Source: Vicinamibacteria bacterium (GTDB lineage Bacteria; Acidobacteriota; Vicinamibacteria; Marinacidobacterales; Marinacidobacteraceae). Taken from it: a stretch of DNA of 64,000 nt. Below the pieces are notes generated by a model, which ran no database searches, had not been told where the DNA came from, and saw only the letters and a program-made list of their open reading frames with translations. The translations under genes and the position numbers were made by a program. The stretch spans positions 864,001-928,000 of the forward strand of contig OZ241322.1 in assembly GCA_965199715.1 (NCBI GenBank), written 5' to 3'. Positions 50,349-58,766 of this stretch are shown here, in pieces. Positions within the stretch are counted from its first letter, which is position 1. The number at the start of each line of letters is the position of its first letter.

Positions 50349-51166
50349 CGCCACCAGTCGTCGCCGGGAGTCACCGGCCCGCGGCGCTTGTGCTCCGTCT
50401 CGCGGTGGAACGCCTCGATCCTCCGCGCGACCGCCTCGCGAACGCCCCGGCCCTCGAGGTAGTCGTCGATGGCGTCGTAGGGAATCCCGAGCGCCTCCTC
50501 GTCGGGGAGTCCCGGGCGGAGATCCTCGAGATCGGCGGTGGGGGACTTCTCGACGATGGAGCGGGGCGCGCCGAGCCACGCCGCGGTCGTCCGCACCCGG
50601 CGCTTGGTCAGGCCGAAGAGCGGAACGACGTCGGCGGCGCCGTCGCCGAACTTGGTGAAGAACCCGACGAGCGCCTCGGCGGCGTGGTCGGTCCCGACGA
50701 CGAGGCCCCGACCGAGGCCGGCGAGGTGGTACTGGACCGCCATGCGCATCCGGGCCTTGGCGTTTCCGCGCACGAAGTCGCGCAGCCCCTCGCTCGCGGA
50801 CGTCGATCCGGCGGCCGCGTCGAGCGCCCGCACGATCGGCGCGACGTCGACGGTCGCGACCGCGTCCGGGCGCACCCATTCAAGCGCCCGCCGCGCGTCC
50901 TCCTCGTCCCGCTGCGTCCCGTGCGGCAGGCGGACCGCGACCGCCTCGAACCCGTCCCCGAGGCGCCGCGCGGCGAGAACCGAGAGCCGCCCGGCGAGCG
51001 CGGAGTCCACCCCTCCGGACACGCCGAGGAACAGGCGCCGGCGCCCGCTCGCGGCGAGATAGTCGGCGAGGAACCCGACCCGGCGCTCGACTTCGGCCGC
51101 CGGATCGAACTCCGGGGAAATCTCCAGCCGGGCGCGAAGGGCGGCGCTCGCGGCGCGGACGGACAT
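50345..51166 (-). CDS. nadE: NH3-dependent NAD+ synthetase
   Basis: GVSGGVDS, GNAKARMRM, GTDHAAE, FFTKFGDG, PTADLE, HKR. Confidence 0.96.
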   Translation of the reverse strand: MSVRAASAALRARLEISPEFDPAAEVERRVGFLADYLAASGRRRLFLGVSGGVDSALAGRLSVLAARRLGDGFEAVAVRLPHGTQRDEEDARRALEWVRPDAVATVDVAPIVRALDAAAGSTSASEGLRDFVRGNAKARMRMAVQYHLAGLGRGLVVGTDHAAEALVGFFTKFGDGAADVVPLFGLTKRRVRTTAAWLGAPRSIVEKSPTADLEDLRPGLPDEEALGIPYDAIDDYLEGRGVREAVARRIEAFHRETEHKRRGPVTPGDDWWR

Positions 51167-51243
51167 CGTGCCATTATCGCCCCCGCCCCGAATTCTGGCC
51201 GTCCGATCCAAAGGGTTGGACGCAGTCCCGTCCCATGGGGACA

Positions 51244-51298
51244 TAACCACTTGAAAATCATCCGGTTCGCGTTCTCGCAAACCGGGCGCCCCGCTTGC
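51244..51298 (+). promoter_or_regulatory. Putative sigma54 promoter with IHF site
   Basis: GG-N10-GC (gGGCGCCCCGCTTGC, 51284-51298); minus-strand TTTCAAGTGGTTA (51244-51256) matches WATCAANNNNTTR at 12 of 13 positions. Confidence 0.5.
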
Positions 51299-51333
51299 GC
51301 GCCGGTAGCGCACTCCCTTGAGGAGGGCAAGAC

Positions 51334-54219
51334 ATGACACGATTCGGAAGCGGTTGGCCCATCGGATGGATCGGCGCGATCCTCCTGTTCGCGACCCCCG
51401 CCGCGCTCTTCGCCCAGATCACCGCCGGACGGCTCGACGGCGTGGTCCGGGACGAACAGGGCCTCGTGCTTCCGGGGGTGACCGTCACCCTCGACTCGGA
51501 CTCGCTGCTCGGGTCGAGGGTGGCCGTCACCGACGTGGACGGCTCCTACCGATTCCAGGGCCTCCCCGCCGGCGACTACGCGATGACGTTCGAGCTCGGC
51601 GGGTTCGGCACCGTGGTCCGGGAGGAAGTCCGGGTCGTGACCGGCCAGACCTTCTCGGTGAACCAGACGCTCACGGTGGCGACGGTCGAGGAGACGGTGA
51701 CCGTAACCGGCGAGTCGCCGGTCGTGGACGTCAAGTCCAGCCGGTTCGGCGGCACCTTCGACGACACCGCGATCCTCGAGGTCCCGAACTCCACCGACCC
51801 GCACGCCATGCTGGCGCTCACGCCCGGCATCCGGATGCGCGGCTTCGACGTGGCCGGCTCGCACAAGGCGCAGCAGTCCGGCTTCGACGCCTTCGGCCTT
51901 CGCGACCAGAACCGGATCGTGATCGACGGCGTGGACTCCAACTTCAGCACCGGCGGGTTCGGCTTCTACATGGACAGCCTCACGGTGAACCAGTTCAACA
52001 TCTCGAACGCGGGCGCCGACGTGGAGAACGCCTGGGCCGGGAACACGATCGTCATGGACATCAAGACCGGCGGCAACGAGATCTCGACGCTGCTGTACGG
52101 CGACTACCTCGGCGAGGGCTTCGTCGGCGACAACCTCACCTCCGAGCTGGAGGGCCGCGGCGCCGGAACGAACCACATGCTCACCTACTGGGAGGCGCAC
52201 GCCGACGTGGGCGGCCCGATCATGAGGGACCGCGCCTGGTTCTTCCTCGCCTACAACAACAACCTCACCCACCGCGCCATCTCCGGGCTCGATCCCGACG
52301 TCATCCAGGAGGAGGCCGTCCTGCGCAACTACTACGCCAAGGTCAACGTGGCGCTGTCCGAGAAGGACGAGCTCGTCGGCTACAGCCAGTGGGGGCTCAA
52401 GAACCGGCCGAACCGGGGCATCAACGCGATCAACTCGATCGACGTGCGCCTCGCGCAGGACTCGTGGACGTGGGTGCACAAGGCCGAGTGGCAGCGGGTC
52501 TGGTCGGACCGGGCGTTCTCGAACGTGAAGGCGATGCACTACGGGGTGACGTGGCCGATGGTTCCGGCGGTGGATCCCGCGTCGAGCCCACCGCGGATCG
52601 ACGTGGACACCAGCCGGCGCACCGGAGCCGGGGTCTGGCCGTTCACCTACGACAAGCAGCGGCCCCAGTTCGTCGCCATCCTGAACTACTACGTCCCGGA
52701 CGCGGCCGGAAGCCACGACCTCAAGTTCGGCGTGGACTACATGGAGGACGCCCGGCTCTTCTTCTCGAACGACGCCTCGGGCCCGATCCAGTACCGCGAC
52801 CGGTCCAGCCTCGTCTCGCCGTCCAACCCGACGGGAACCTCGGAGATCCTGTTCACGAACGTGCCCACGGCGCGCTCGGACACCCGCGACCGGAACCTGC
52901 ACTTCTTCGCGCAGGACACCTGGCAGGTCAACCCCCGGCTGACGTTCACGGCGGGCGTCCGCTTCGCCAACCAGCACGGGTACTACAACTCCTCGGACCT
53001 CGCGCCGGCGCACCCGGAATTCTTCCTGAGCGGGGTTTCGATCGAGTCGAAGGACATCTTCACCTGGAACGACTTCTACCCGCGCTTCTCGGTCACCTAC
53101 GACGTCACCGGCGAGGGCCGCACGGTGGTGAAGGCGTCGGCCAGCCGGTACACCCACAACGTGGGGCCCGACGGCTTCGTGGGCGCGAACCCGGCGTCGC
53201 GCCAGCAGGTGATCTTCGACTTCCTCGATCCGAACGGGAACGGGATCTACGACGGCCAGAACGAGCTGGGCGCGATCCTGAGCCAGTCGTCCGGAACCGG
53301 CCTGCCGGTCGGCAGCGTCACGGGCGGGGTTCCGGTGGACCTCAGCCAGAAGCGCTACTACGACGAGATCACCGCTTCGGTGGAGAGCGAGATCCTCCCC
53401 GAGACCAACTTCCGGCTCTCGTACGTGCGCAAGATGGACCGCAACGTCTTCGACACGTACCGGGTGGGCCTCCTCGACGCGCTGGTCAACAACGCGATCC
53501 CGTGCGGGGACGAGGTCTTCCCCTGCCCGACCAACCCGAACAGCGGGCAGGTCATCTCGACGCTCACGCGCCCGCCCGCCGGAACCTCGACGGCCAACGA
53601 AGTCACGACCGGCCCCGCCGGGTACGACTCCGGCGAGTTCGACAACCTCGAGGTCGGCCTCAGCCGGCGGTTCCGCGCCGGGCTGTTCCTCCAGGGCAGC
53701 TTCCATTACCAATGGCGGAACGAGCTCGTGTGCTGCGGCAGCTCGGGGAGCGCGGACACCCAAGCCGACCCGTGGACGCTCGGCATCCAGGGCAGCGGGC
53801 TCAACTGGAACTCGGCGGTGAGCACCAAGCAGGAGCACACCAACTGGAACCTGAAGGCCATCGGGCGCTACGACGTCCCGAACGTGCCGGCGGCGCTGTC
53901 GTTCCAGTACCGGGCGCAGAGCGGCTGGGCCTACGCCCCGCTCCTCCCGATCGCGATTCCCGGAGGCGCGGGGACGAACCAGGTGCCCCTCAGCGACATG
54001 AACGAGCGGTCCGACGACGTGTACATCCTCGACGTGCGGGCGGAGTTCAACGTCGGCTTCTGGGACCGGGACCGGCTTTCGGTCTTCCTCGACGCCTTCA
54101 ACGTGACCAACTCCAACCCGGTGCTGAACCAGATCATCCGGGCCGGCTCGGCGTACGGGCGGGTGATCGGCTTCCTCGAGCCGCGCACCTTCAAGGTGGG
54201 CGCCCGCTACCAGTTCTGA
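51334..54219 (+). CDS. TonB-dependent receptor, Oar-like, with carboxypeptidase-regulatory N-domain
   Basis: G.VRDEQG.VLPGVTV, ETVTVTGESPVVD, FAQDTWQV, PR..GARYQF with terminal Phe; RBS GAGGAGG. Confidence 0.93.
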   Translation: MTRFGSGWPIGWIGAILLFATPAALFAQITAGRLDGVVRDEQGLVLPGVTVTLDSDSLLGSRVAVTDVDGSYRFQGLPAGDYAMTFELGGFGTVVREEVRVVTGQTFSVNQTLTVATVEETVTVTGESPVVDVKSSRFGGTFDDTAILEVPNSTDPHAMLALTPGIRMRGFDVAGSHKAQQSGFDAFGLRDQNRIVIDGVDSNFSTGGFGFYMDSLTVNQFNISNAGADVENAWAGNTIVMDIKTGGNEISTLLYGDYLGEGFVGDNLTSELEGRGAGTNHMLTYWEAHADVGGPIMRDRAWFFLAYNNNLTHRAISGLDPDVIQEEAVLRNYYAKVNVALSEKDELVGYSQWGLKNRPNRGINAINSIDVRLAQDSWTWVHKAEWQRVWSDRAFSNVKAMHYGVTWPMVPAVDPASSPPRIDVDTSRRTGAGVWPFTYDKQRPQFVAILNYYVPDAAGSHDLKFGVDYMEDARLFFSNDASGPIQYRDRSSLVSPSNPTGTSEILFTNVPTARSDTRDRNLHFFAQDTWQVNPRLTFTAGVRFANQHGYYNSSDLAPAHPEFFLSGVSIESKDIFTWNDFYPRFSVTYDVTGEGRTVVKASASRYTHNVGPDGFVGANPASRQQVIFDFLDPNGNGIYDGQNELGAILSQSSGTGLPVGSVTGGVPVDLSQKRYYDEITASVESEILPETNFRLSYVRKMDRNVFDTYRVGLLDALVNNAIPCGDEVFPCPTNPNSGQVISTLTRPPAGTSTANEVTTGPAGYDSGEFDNLEVGLSRRFRAGLFLQGSFHYQWRNELVCCGSSGSADTQADPWTLGIQGSGLNWNSAVSTKQEHTNWNLKAIGRYDVPNVPAALSFQYRAQSGWAYAPLLPIAIPGGAGTNQVPLSDMNERSDDVYILDVRAEFNVGFWDRDRLSVFLDAFNVTNSNPVLNQIIRAGSAYGRVIGFLEPRTFKVGARYQF

Positions 54220-54225
54220 TTCGTT

Positions 54226-54265
54226 CCGGCCCCGGCGGGTTCTTCAGGGATCCGCCGGCGGCCGG
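54226..54265. terminator. GC-rich hairpin between convergent genes
   Basis: CCGGCC-CGGCGGGTTC-ttcag-GGATCCGCCG-gc-GGCCGG directly after the receptor stop; no U-tract. Confidence 0.35.
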
Positions 54266-54712
54266 ATGTCGAAGTGGTGGACGTCCTCGCGCGTTCCGAG
54301 CTTCGAGTACAGCGCGACCGGGGCCTCGTCGCCCCGGTCGGCCTGGGTGATCACGACCCACGCGCCCCGTTTCTCCGCGATCCGGCCGACCGCGCCGATG
54401 AGCGCGGCGGCGATCCCGCGCCGCCGATGCGACGCGGCCGCTGCGAGGTCGTAGATGTAGAGCTCGGAGCGCTCCCGCTCGTACTTGACCAGCTCGTAGG
54501 CGGTGATCGCCCCGACGACGCGACCGACGACGCGATCCCCGACGAGCGCGACGAACGACGCGAACGCCGGGTTTGCGAGCAGCCGGACGGCGGGCGCCGT
54601 ACTCGTCGGGCTCCTCGAAGACCTCGCCGAAGAGGTCCGGCGTCGCCGCGAAGAGCGGCTCGTCGCCAGGGCCGAGCCGGCGGACTTCAGCGGCCGCGAA
54701 GCGCCCGGACAT
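54244..54712 (-). pseudogene. Frameshifted AAC(3)-I-like aminoglycoside acetyltransferase (GNAT)
   Basis: LFGEVFEEPDEYGARRP in one frame; RLLA...YELVKYERERSELYIYDLA...QADRGD..VALYSKLG.RE.V.HFD in another; break near 54585. Confidence 0.8.
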
Positions 54713-56738
54713 GGTCGTTTTCGGGGTCGAGCGTCTCCGCCCGGTCGAGGAACCGGTTCGCTTCGGCCTCGTCGCCGAGGACGAGGTGCGCCGTCGCGAG
54801 CAGCACCAGGAGCTCGGCGTCGGGCGCGCGCAGCTCCAGCGCGCGCCTGAGCGGCGCGAGGGCGCCTTCGAACGCGCCGAGGCTGACGCGCGCCTCGCCC
54901 AGCAGGCGGGCGGCGGCGAAGCGGTCGGGATGCGCCTCGAACACCGGCTCGAGGAGGTCCGCCGCGCCGGCCGGATCGCTCCGGTCGAGCAGCAGCCCGG
55001 CGAGGAACTCGCGCGCCGGGACGAGGTTCGCGCCCGCCCGGACCGCTTCGGTCGCGAGGCGGAACGCGCGGTCCGCGTCGCCGGCGGCCTCCCACTGGCG
55101 CGCCCGCGCCAGTTCATGCGCGCCCCCGATCTCGGGCCGCAGCTCGGCGAGACCGGCCTCGACGAGGGGGCGCCCCACGTCGGCGCGGGGCGTGATCGCG
55201 AAGGGGGCCGACTTCCGGTCGAGGACCTCGCCCGAAGGGCCGGCGAGGGCGAGCTCGACCCGGTAGCGCCCGGCGGGCAGGTCCGCGAGAGGCGCGCTCA
55301 CGACGAGCGGCCCCTCCCGCTCGACGGACGCCGGGACCGAACCCCGGACCGGCGCCGGCGGATCGGGATCCTCCGAACGGATCGCCCACTCGATCCGGGC
55401 GCCCTCGGGCGCGTTCAGCGGCTCGGCGAGAACGTGGAGCCGGTCCTCCGAGCGGTAGAAGCCCTCGGGGTTGGGGAGCAGGTTGCGCCGCCCGAACCGG
55501 TAGCCCCGGTAGAGCGGATCGCCGCCGAGAAGCTCGCTGCCGTGCGCGAGCGCCGGCTGGACCAGCGCCGGCGTGTCGAAGTCCAGCTCGGGCACGTCGA
55601 GCGCGCCGTCGAGCAGCGTGTACGAACGCCGGCAGTCGGCCGCGTCGAGGCAGGCGCGGTTGCGCAGCACCACCCGAAGCTCGTGGTCGCCGGGGATGAC
55701 CGGCGCCGCGCCCCGGAACCGGAACGGGCGCGAGAGCGCGGCCGCCTCGGCCTCGGTCACCGAGAAGAACGCCTCGGACCGATCCTCGTAAAGGACGGCG
55801 TCGCCGGACGTGATCTCGATGGAGACGATGAAGTCCGCCCCATGGACCCCGCGGTCGGGATCGCGGACGACCATGATGGAGGTCGGCGGCAACTGGATCG
55901 CCCAGTGCGTCCAGTACCCGCCGGGACCGGGGAGCACGTGGTGGAAGCCTGCGCTGGGGACGTGGCGGAACAGGTAGTCGCTCTCGACGACGCCGAGGTC
56001 GAACCGCTCGGCGTAGCTCGTGTCCACCCGCCGCCAGGGGGCCTCGCGGATGTCCTCGACCAGCGAGAGCGTCCCGAACCCGCGCACGTCCCCGAAGTTC
56101 GTCCCCTCGTCGGTGCGGAACGACAGCGACGCGGACGCCAGCTCGGGGCTGACCTCGTGGAGCGCGTCGAACGCGATCTCCTCGGCGCGGCGAAAGTCGC
56201 CCTGGACGAACGGGCTCGGAGCGATCAGGAGCGCCCGCGGCCCGTCCTCGACCGGGCTGTAGAGCCTCATCTCGCCCGCGCCGAAGCGCCGGAAGAAGAG
56301 CAGGTAGAAGAAGCCGGGAAGTCCCCGCTCCAGCAGCGCCGCGTCGTTGTAGAACCACAGCTCCGCCGGATGGATCGCGTTGGACCAGGTCAGGTCGTCC
56401 TTGATCCGGGGCGGCCCGAGGACGATGTGGAACCGGCCCCGGTCGGTGCGCCAGCCGGCGCGCCCGGTGTCGCGCCCGTAGAAGCGGTTCGCGTAGTCGA
56501 TCCGGGCGTGGTGCTCCTCGCGGAACTCGTTCTCGGGCGTGAGCGGGTCGGGGTCGCGCCGGTCCCAGAACGCCTCGACGAAGGCGTCGCGGAGCTCCTC
56601 GCCCTCGAGCGCGAGGAACGCGTCGCGCTCCGCGTCGGAGATCACGTACGCGACTTCCTCCTCCACCCAGACGCGGTGGCGCTCGGACATTCCCTGGGCG
56701 AGGCCGGCCAGCAGCACGGCCGCGGCGAGCGCGGTCAC
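54687..56738 (-). CDS. GWxTD-domain protein with C-terminal TPRs
   Basis: WVEEEVAYVIS..ER, FWDRRDPDP.T.ENEF..EH..R..YAN, GWRTDRGRFHIVLGPP, ELWFY. Confidence 0.92.
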   Translation of the reverse strand: MTALAAAVLLAGLAQGMSERHRVWVEEEVAYVISDAERDAFLALEGEELRDAFVEAFWDRRDPDPLTPENEFREEHHARIDYANRFYGRDTGRAGWRTDRGRFHIVLGPPRIKDDLTWSNAIHPAELWFYNDAALLERGLPGFFYLLFFRRFGAGEMRLYSPVEDGPRALLIAPSPFVQGDFRRAEEIAFDALHEVSPELASASLSFRTDEGTNFGDVRGFGTLSLVEDIREAPWRRVDTSYAERFDLGVVESDYLFRHVPSAGFHHVLPGPGGYWTHWAIQLPPTSIMVVRDPDRGVHGADFIVSIEITSGDAVLYEDRSEAFFSVTEAEAAALSRPFRFRGAAPVIPGDHELRVVLRNRACLDAADCRRSYTLLDGALDVPELDFDTPALVQPALAHGSELLGGDPLYRGYRFGRRNLLPNPEGFYRSEDRLHVLAEPLNAPEGARIEWAIRSEDPDPPAPVRGSVPASVEREGPLVVSAPLADLPAGRYRVELALAGPSGEVLDRKSAPFAITPRADVGRPLVEAGLAELRPEIGGAHELARARQWEAAGDADRAFRLATEAVRAGANLVPAREFLAGLLLDRSDPAGAADLLEPVFEAHPDRFAAARLLGEARVSLGAFEGALAPLRRALELRAPDAELLVLLATAHLVLGDEAEANRFLDRAETLDPENDHVRALRGR

Positions 56739-58717
56739 GGGACGGCCGGCCGACCGGCTTCGTACCGGGCGATCCGGCTCTGGACGCCGGGAAGAAGCGA
56801 GGCCGGGCCGTGGTCGCGGGCGATCGCCTCCGCCGTGCGCGCGGCCACGAGCGCGCCCTCGAAGTCGCCGGCCGCGGCGAGCGCCGCGCCCAGCGTGTCC
56901 GCCGCCGAGGCGTCCTCGTGCCCCGAGAGCTCCGAGGCCCGGCGCGCCCAGGCCACGGCGCGCTCCGGATCGCGCAGCGAGGGCGAGACCGCGAGGATCC
57001 ACGCCGCGGCGTCGAGCGCGGCGACGTCGTCCGGCTCGGCGGCGATCGAGATCTCCAGATGCGCGATGGCGAGCTCGAGCTCCCCGCGCTGCGCCCGGAT
57101 CAGGCCGAGGTTGCGGTGCGCCTCGGGATCGCCGGGAGACGCGCCGAGCGCGCCCTCGAGCGCCTCCTCGGCCTCGGGCACGTTGTCCTCCATGAGGAGG
57201 ATGCGGGCGAGGCCGAGCCGCGGCTCGACGAGCGCCGGATCCAAATCGGTCGCGCGACGGTACAGGCGCTCGGCCTCGATGCGGGCCCCGAGCCGCTCCC
57301 GGAGGAAGCCGAGGTTGTGGATCGCCGCCGCGTACTCCGGATCGAGCCGCACCGCTTCCTCGAGGTGGGCCGCCGACTTCTCCCATGCTCCTCGCGCGAG
57401 CAGCGAGATCCCGAGGTTGGCGTGCGCCCGGGGATACTCGGGGTCGAGCTCCACGGCCCGGCGGAAGCGCTCCTCCGCGGCCTCGGGATCCCCGGCGGAG
57501 CGGTGGGAGAAGCCGAGGTTGTGCTGGAACTCGGCGTTGTCGGGGAGCAGCGCGACGAGGTTCCGGTAGCGGTCCAGCATCGGCGCGGCGCCGGCGCCCG
57601 ACTCGAGGACGAAGAGCCCGGCGAGCGGCAGGAAGAAGAGCCCCGCCCAGCGCCAGGCGTGGGCCGTGGAAGCGATCGCCGCGCCGGTCGCCCGCACCCC
57701 GAGCGGCCCGCCGGTCTCGCGCTCGCGGATCCTCCAGATGAAGCCGTCGAAGTAGAAGTGGAGCATCGTCGAGGCGGCCACGAACGCGAGCGCGCCCCGC
57801 TGGACCGACGGGTTCGCGACGACCTCGGGGACGAAGCGGAAGAGCCCGTAGCCGAGCACGAGCCCCACGTACACGAACAGCATGGTCCGCCCGCCGCCGA
57901 AGAGCGCACGGGTGAAGGCGCCGGCCTCCCGGTCGCGGGCGCGGGCGCGGTTGAACGCCCAGACGATCGAGAGGTACTGCACGTCGTGGAAGATCTCGAA
58001 GAGCGCGACCCCGAGCACGGCGTAGGGAACCTGGACCGAGCACCACCACCAGAACCCGAAGCTCATCGCGGCGGCGAGCAGCTTGATCGGGTGCTGGCCC
58101 TGTCCGCGCAGGAGATCCCGCCCGGCGCGGAAGACGAAGACCGCCGTGACCGCGTACAGCGCCGCGTCGAAGCCGGCGCGGAACCCGAAGAACAGCTCCG
58201 GCGGCAGCAGCGGCGCGCCGAGCGCGTACCACAGCTCCAGCATCTCGCCGAGCCGGCCCGGCGAGTGCAGCGCTCCGTACGCGAACCAACCGACGCACAG
58301 GAACCAGTCGAGCCGCGCGGTGAGCCTCGCGGTCGCCCCGACGCGCCCGTCGTAGATGCGCAGGAAGCCGTACGCCTGGAGCGCCCCGTGCCAGATCCCC
58401 CACACGAGCACGATCAGCGAGACCCCGTTGAGGCCGCCCGCGGCGAAGCCGAGCGCCGCCGCGAGGAAGACGACCGGCGCGAGCAGGAAGCGGGCGCGGA
58501 ACCGCCGGAAGAGCGCCCGGTCGCCGTAGGCGCGCATCATCCCCGGCAGGTGGTGGCCGAGCGCGCCGAACCCGGCGACGAGCAGCCCGACCGAGTACGC
58601 GGTCTCGCGCCCCTGGAGCAGGAACGCCAGCGGCAGGATCAGGATCGGCGTCGCGACCAGCAGGAGGAGGTCGGACCCGGGCCCGAAGACCCACAGATCG
58701 CGGCGGGCGCGGGTCAT
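56735..58717 (-). CDS. Polytopic His-motif membrane protein fused to TPR repeats
   Basis: About 10 TMs with GHH, WH...Q.YG, FHDVQY, HFYFDGFIWR; about seven TPRs. Confidence 0.8.
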   Translation of the reverse strand: MTRARRDLWVFGPGSDLLLLVATPILILPLAFLLQGRETAYSVGLLVAGFGALGHHLPGMMRAYGDRALFRRFRARFLLAPVVFLAAALGFAAGGLNGVSLIVLVWGIWHGALQAYGFLRIYDGRVGATARLTARLDWFLCVGWFAYGALHSPGRLGEMLELWYALGAPLLPPELFFGFRAGFDAALYAVTAVFVFRAGRDLLRGQGQHPIKLLAAAMSFGFWWWCSVQVPYAVLGVALFEIFHDVQYLSIVWAFNRARARDREAGAFTRALFGGGRTMLFVYVGLVLGYGLFRFVPEVVANPSVQRGALAFVAASTMLHFYFDGFIWRIRERETGGPLGVRATGAAIASTAHAWRWAGLFFLPLAGLFVLESGAGAAPMLDRYRNLVALLPDNAEFQHNLGFSHRSAGDPEAAEERFRRAVELDPEYPRAHANLGISLLARGAWEKSAAHLEEAVRLDPEYAAAIHNLGFLRERLGARIEAERLYRRATDLDPALVEPRLGLARILLMEDNVPEAEEALEGALGASPGDPEAHRNLGLIRAQRGELELAIAHLEISIAAEPDDVAALDAAAWILAVSPSLRDPERAVAWARRASELSGHEDASAADTLGAALAAAGDFEGALVAARTAEAIARDHGPASLLPGVQSRIARYEAGRPAVP

Positions 58718-58766
58718 GGGCGTGAATCTAACCGGCGGGGCGGGCCGTTTCACCCGCCCCCCGGAC

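Noticed and set aside
54580-54600. Programmed frameshift in the aac(3)-like gene
   Set aside because: No slippery heptamer, and residues appear to be missing at the break, which points to deletion
54687-58694. Apparent 1335-aa GWxTD protein
   Set aside because: The upstream half is an off-frame reading of the membrane-TPR gene; the real start is GTG 56738
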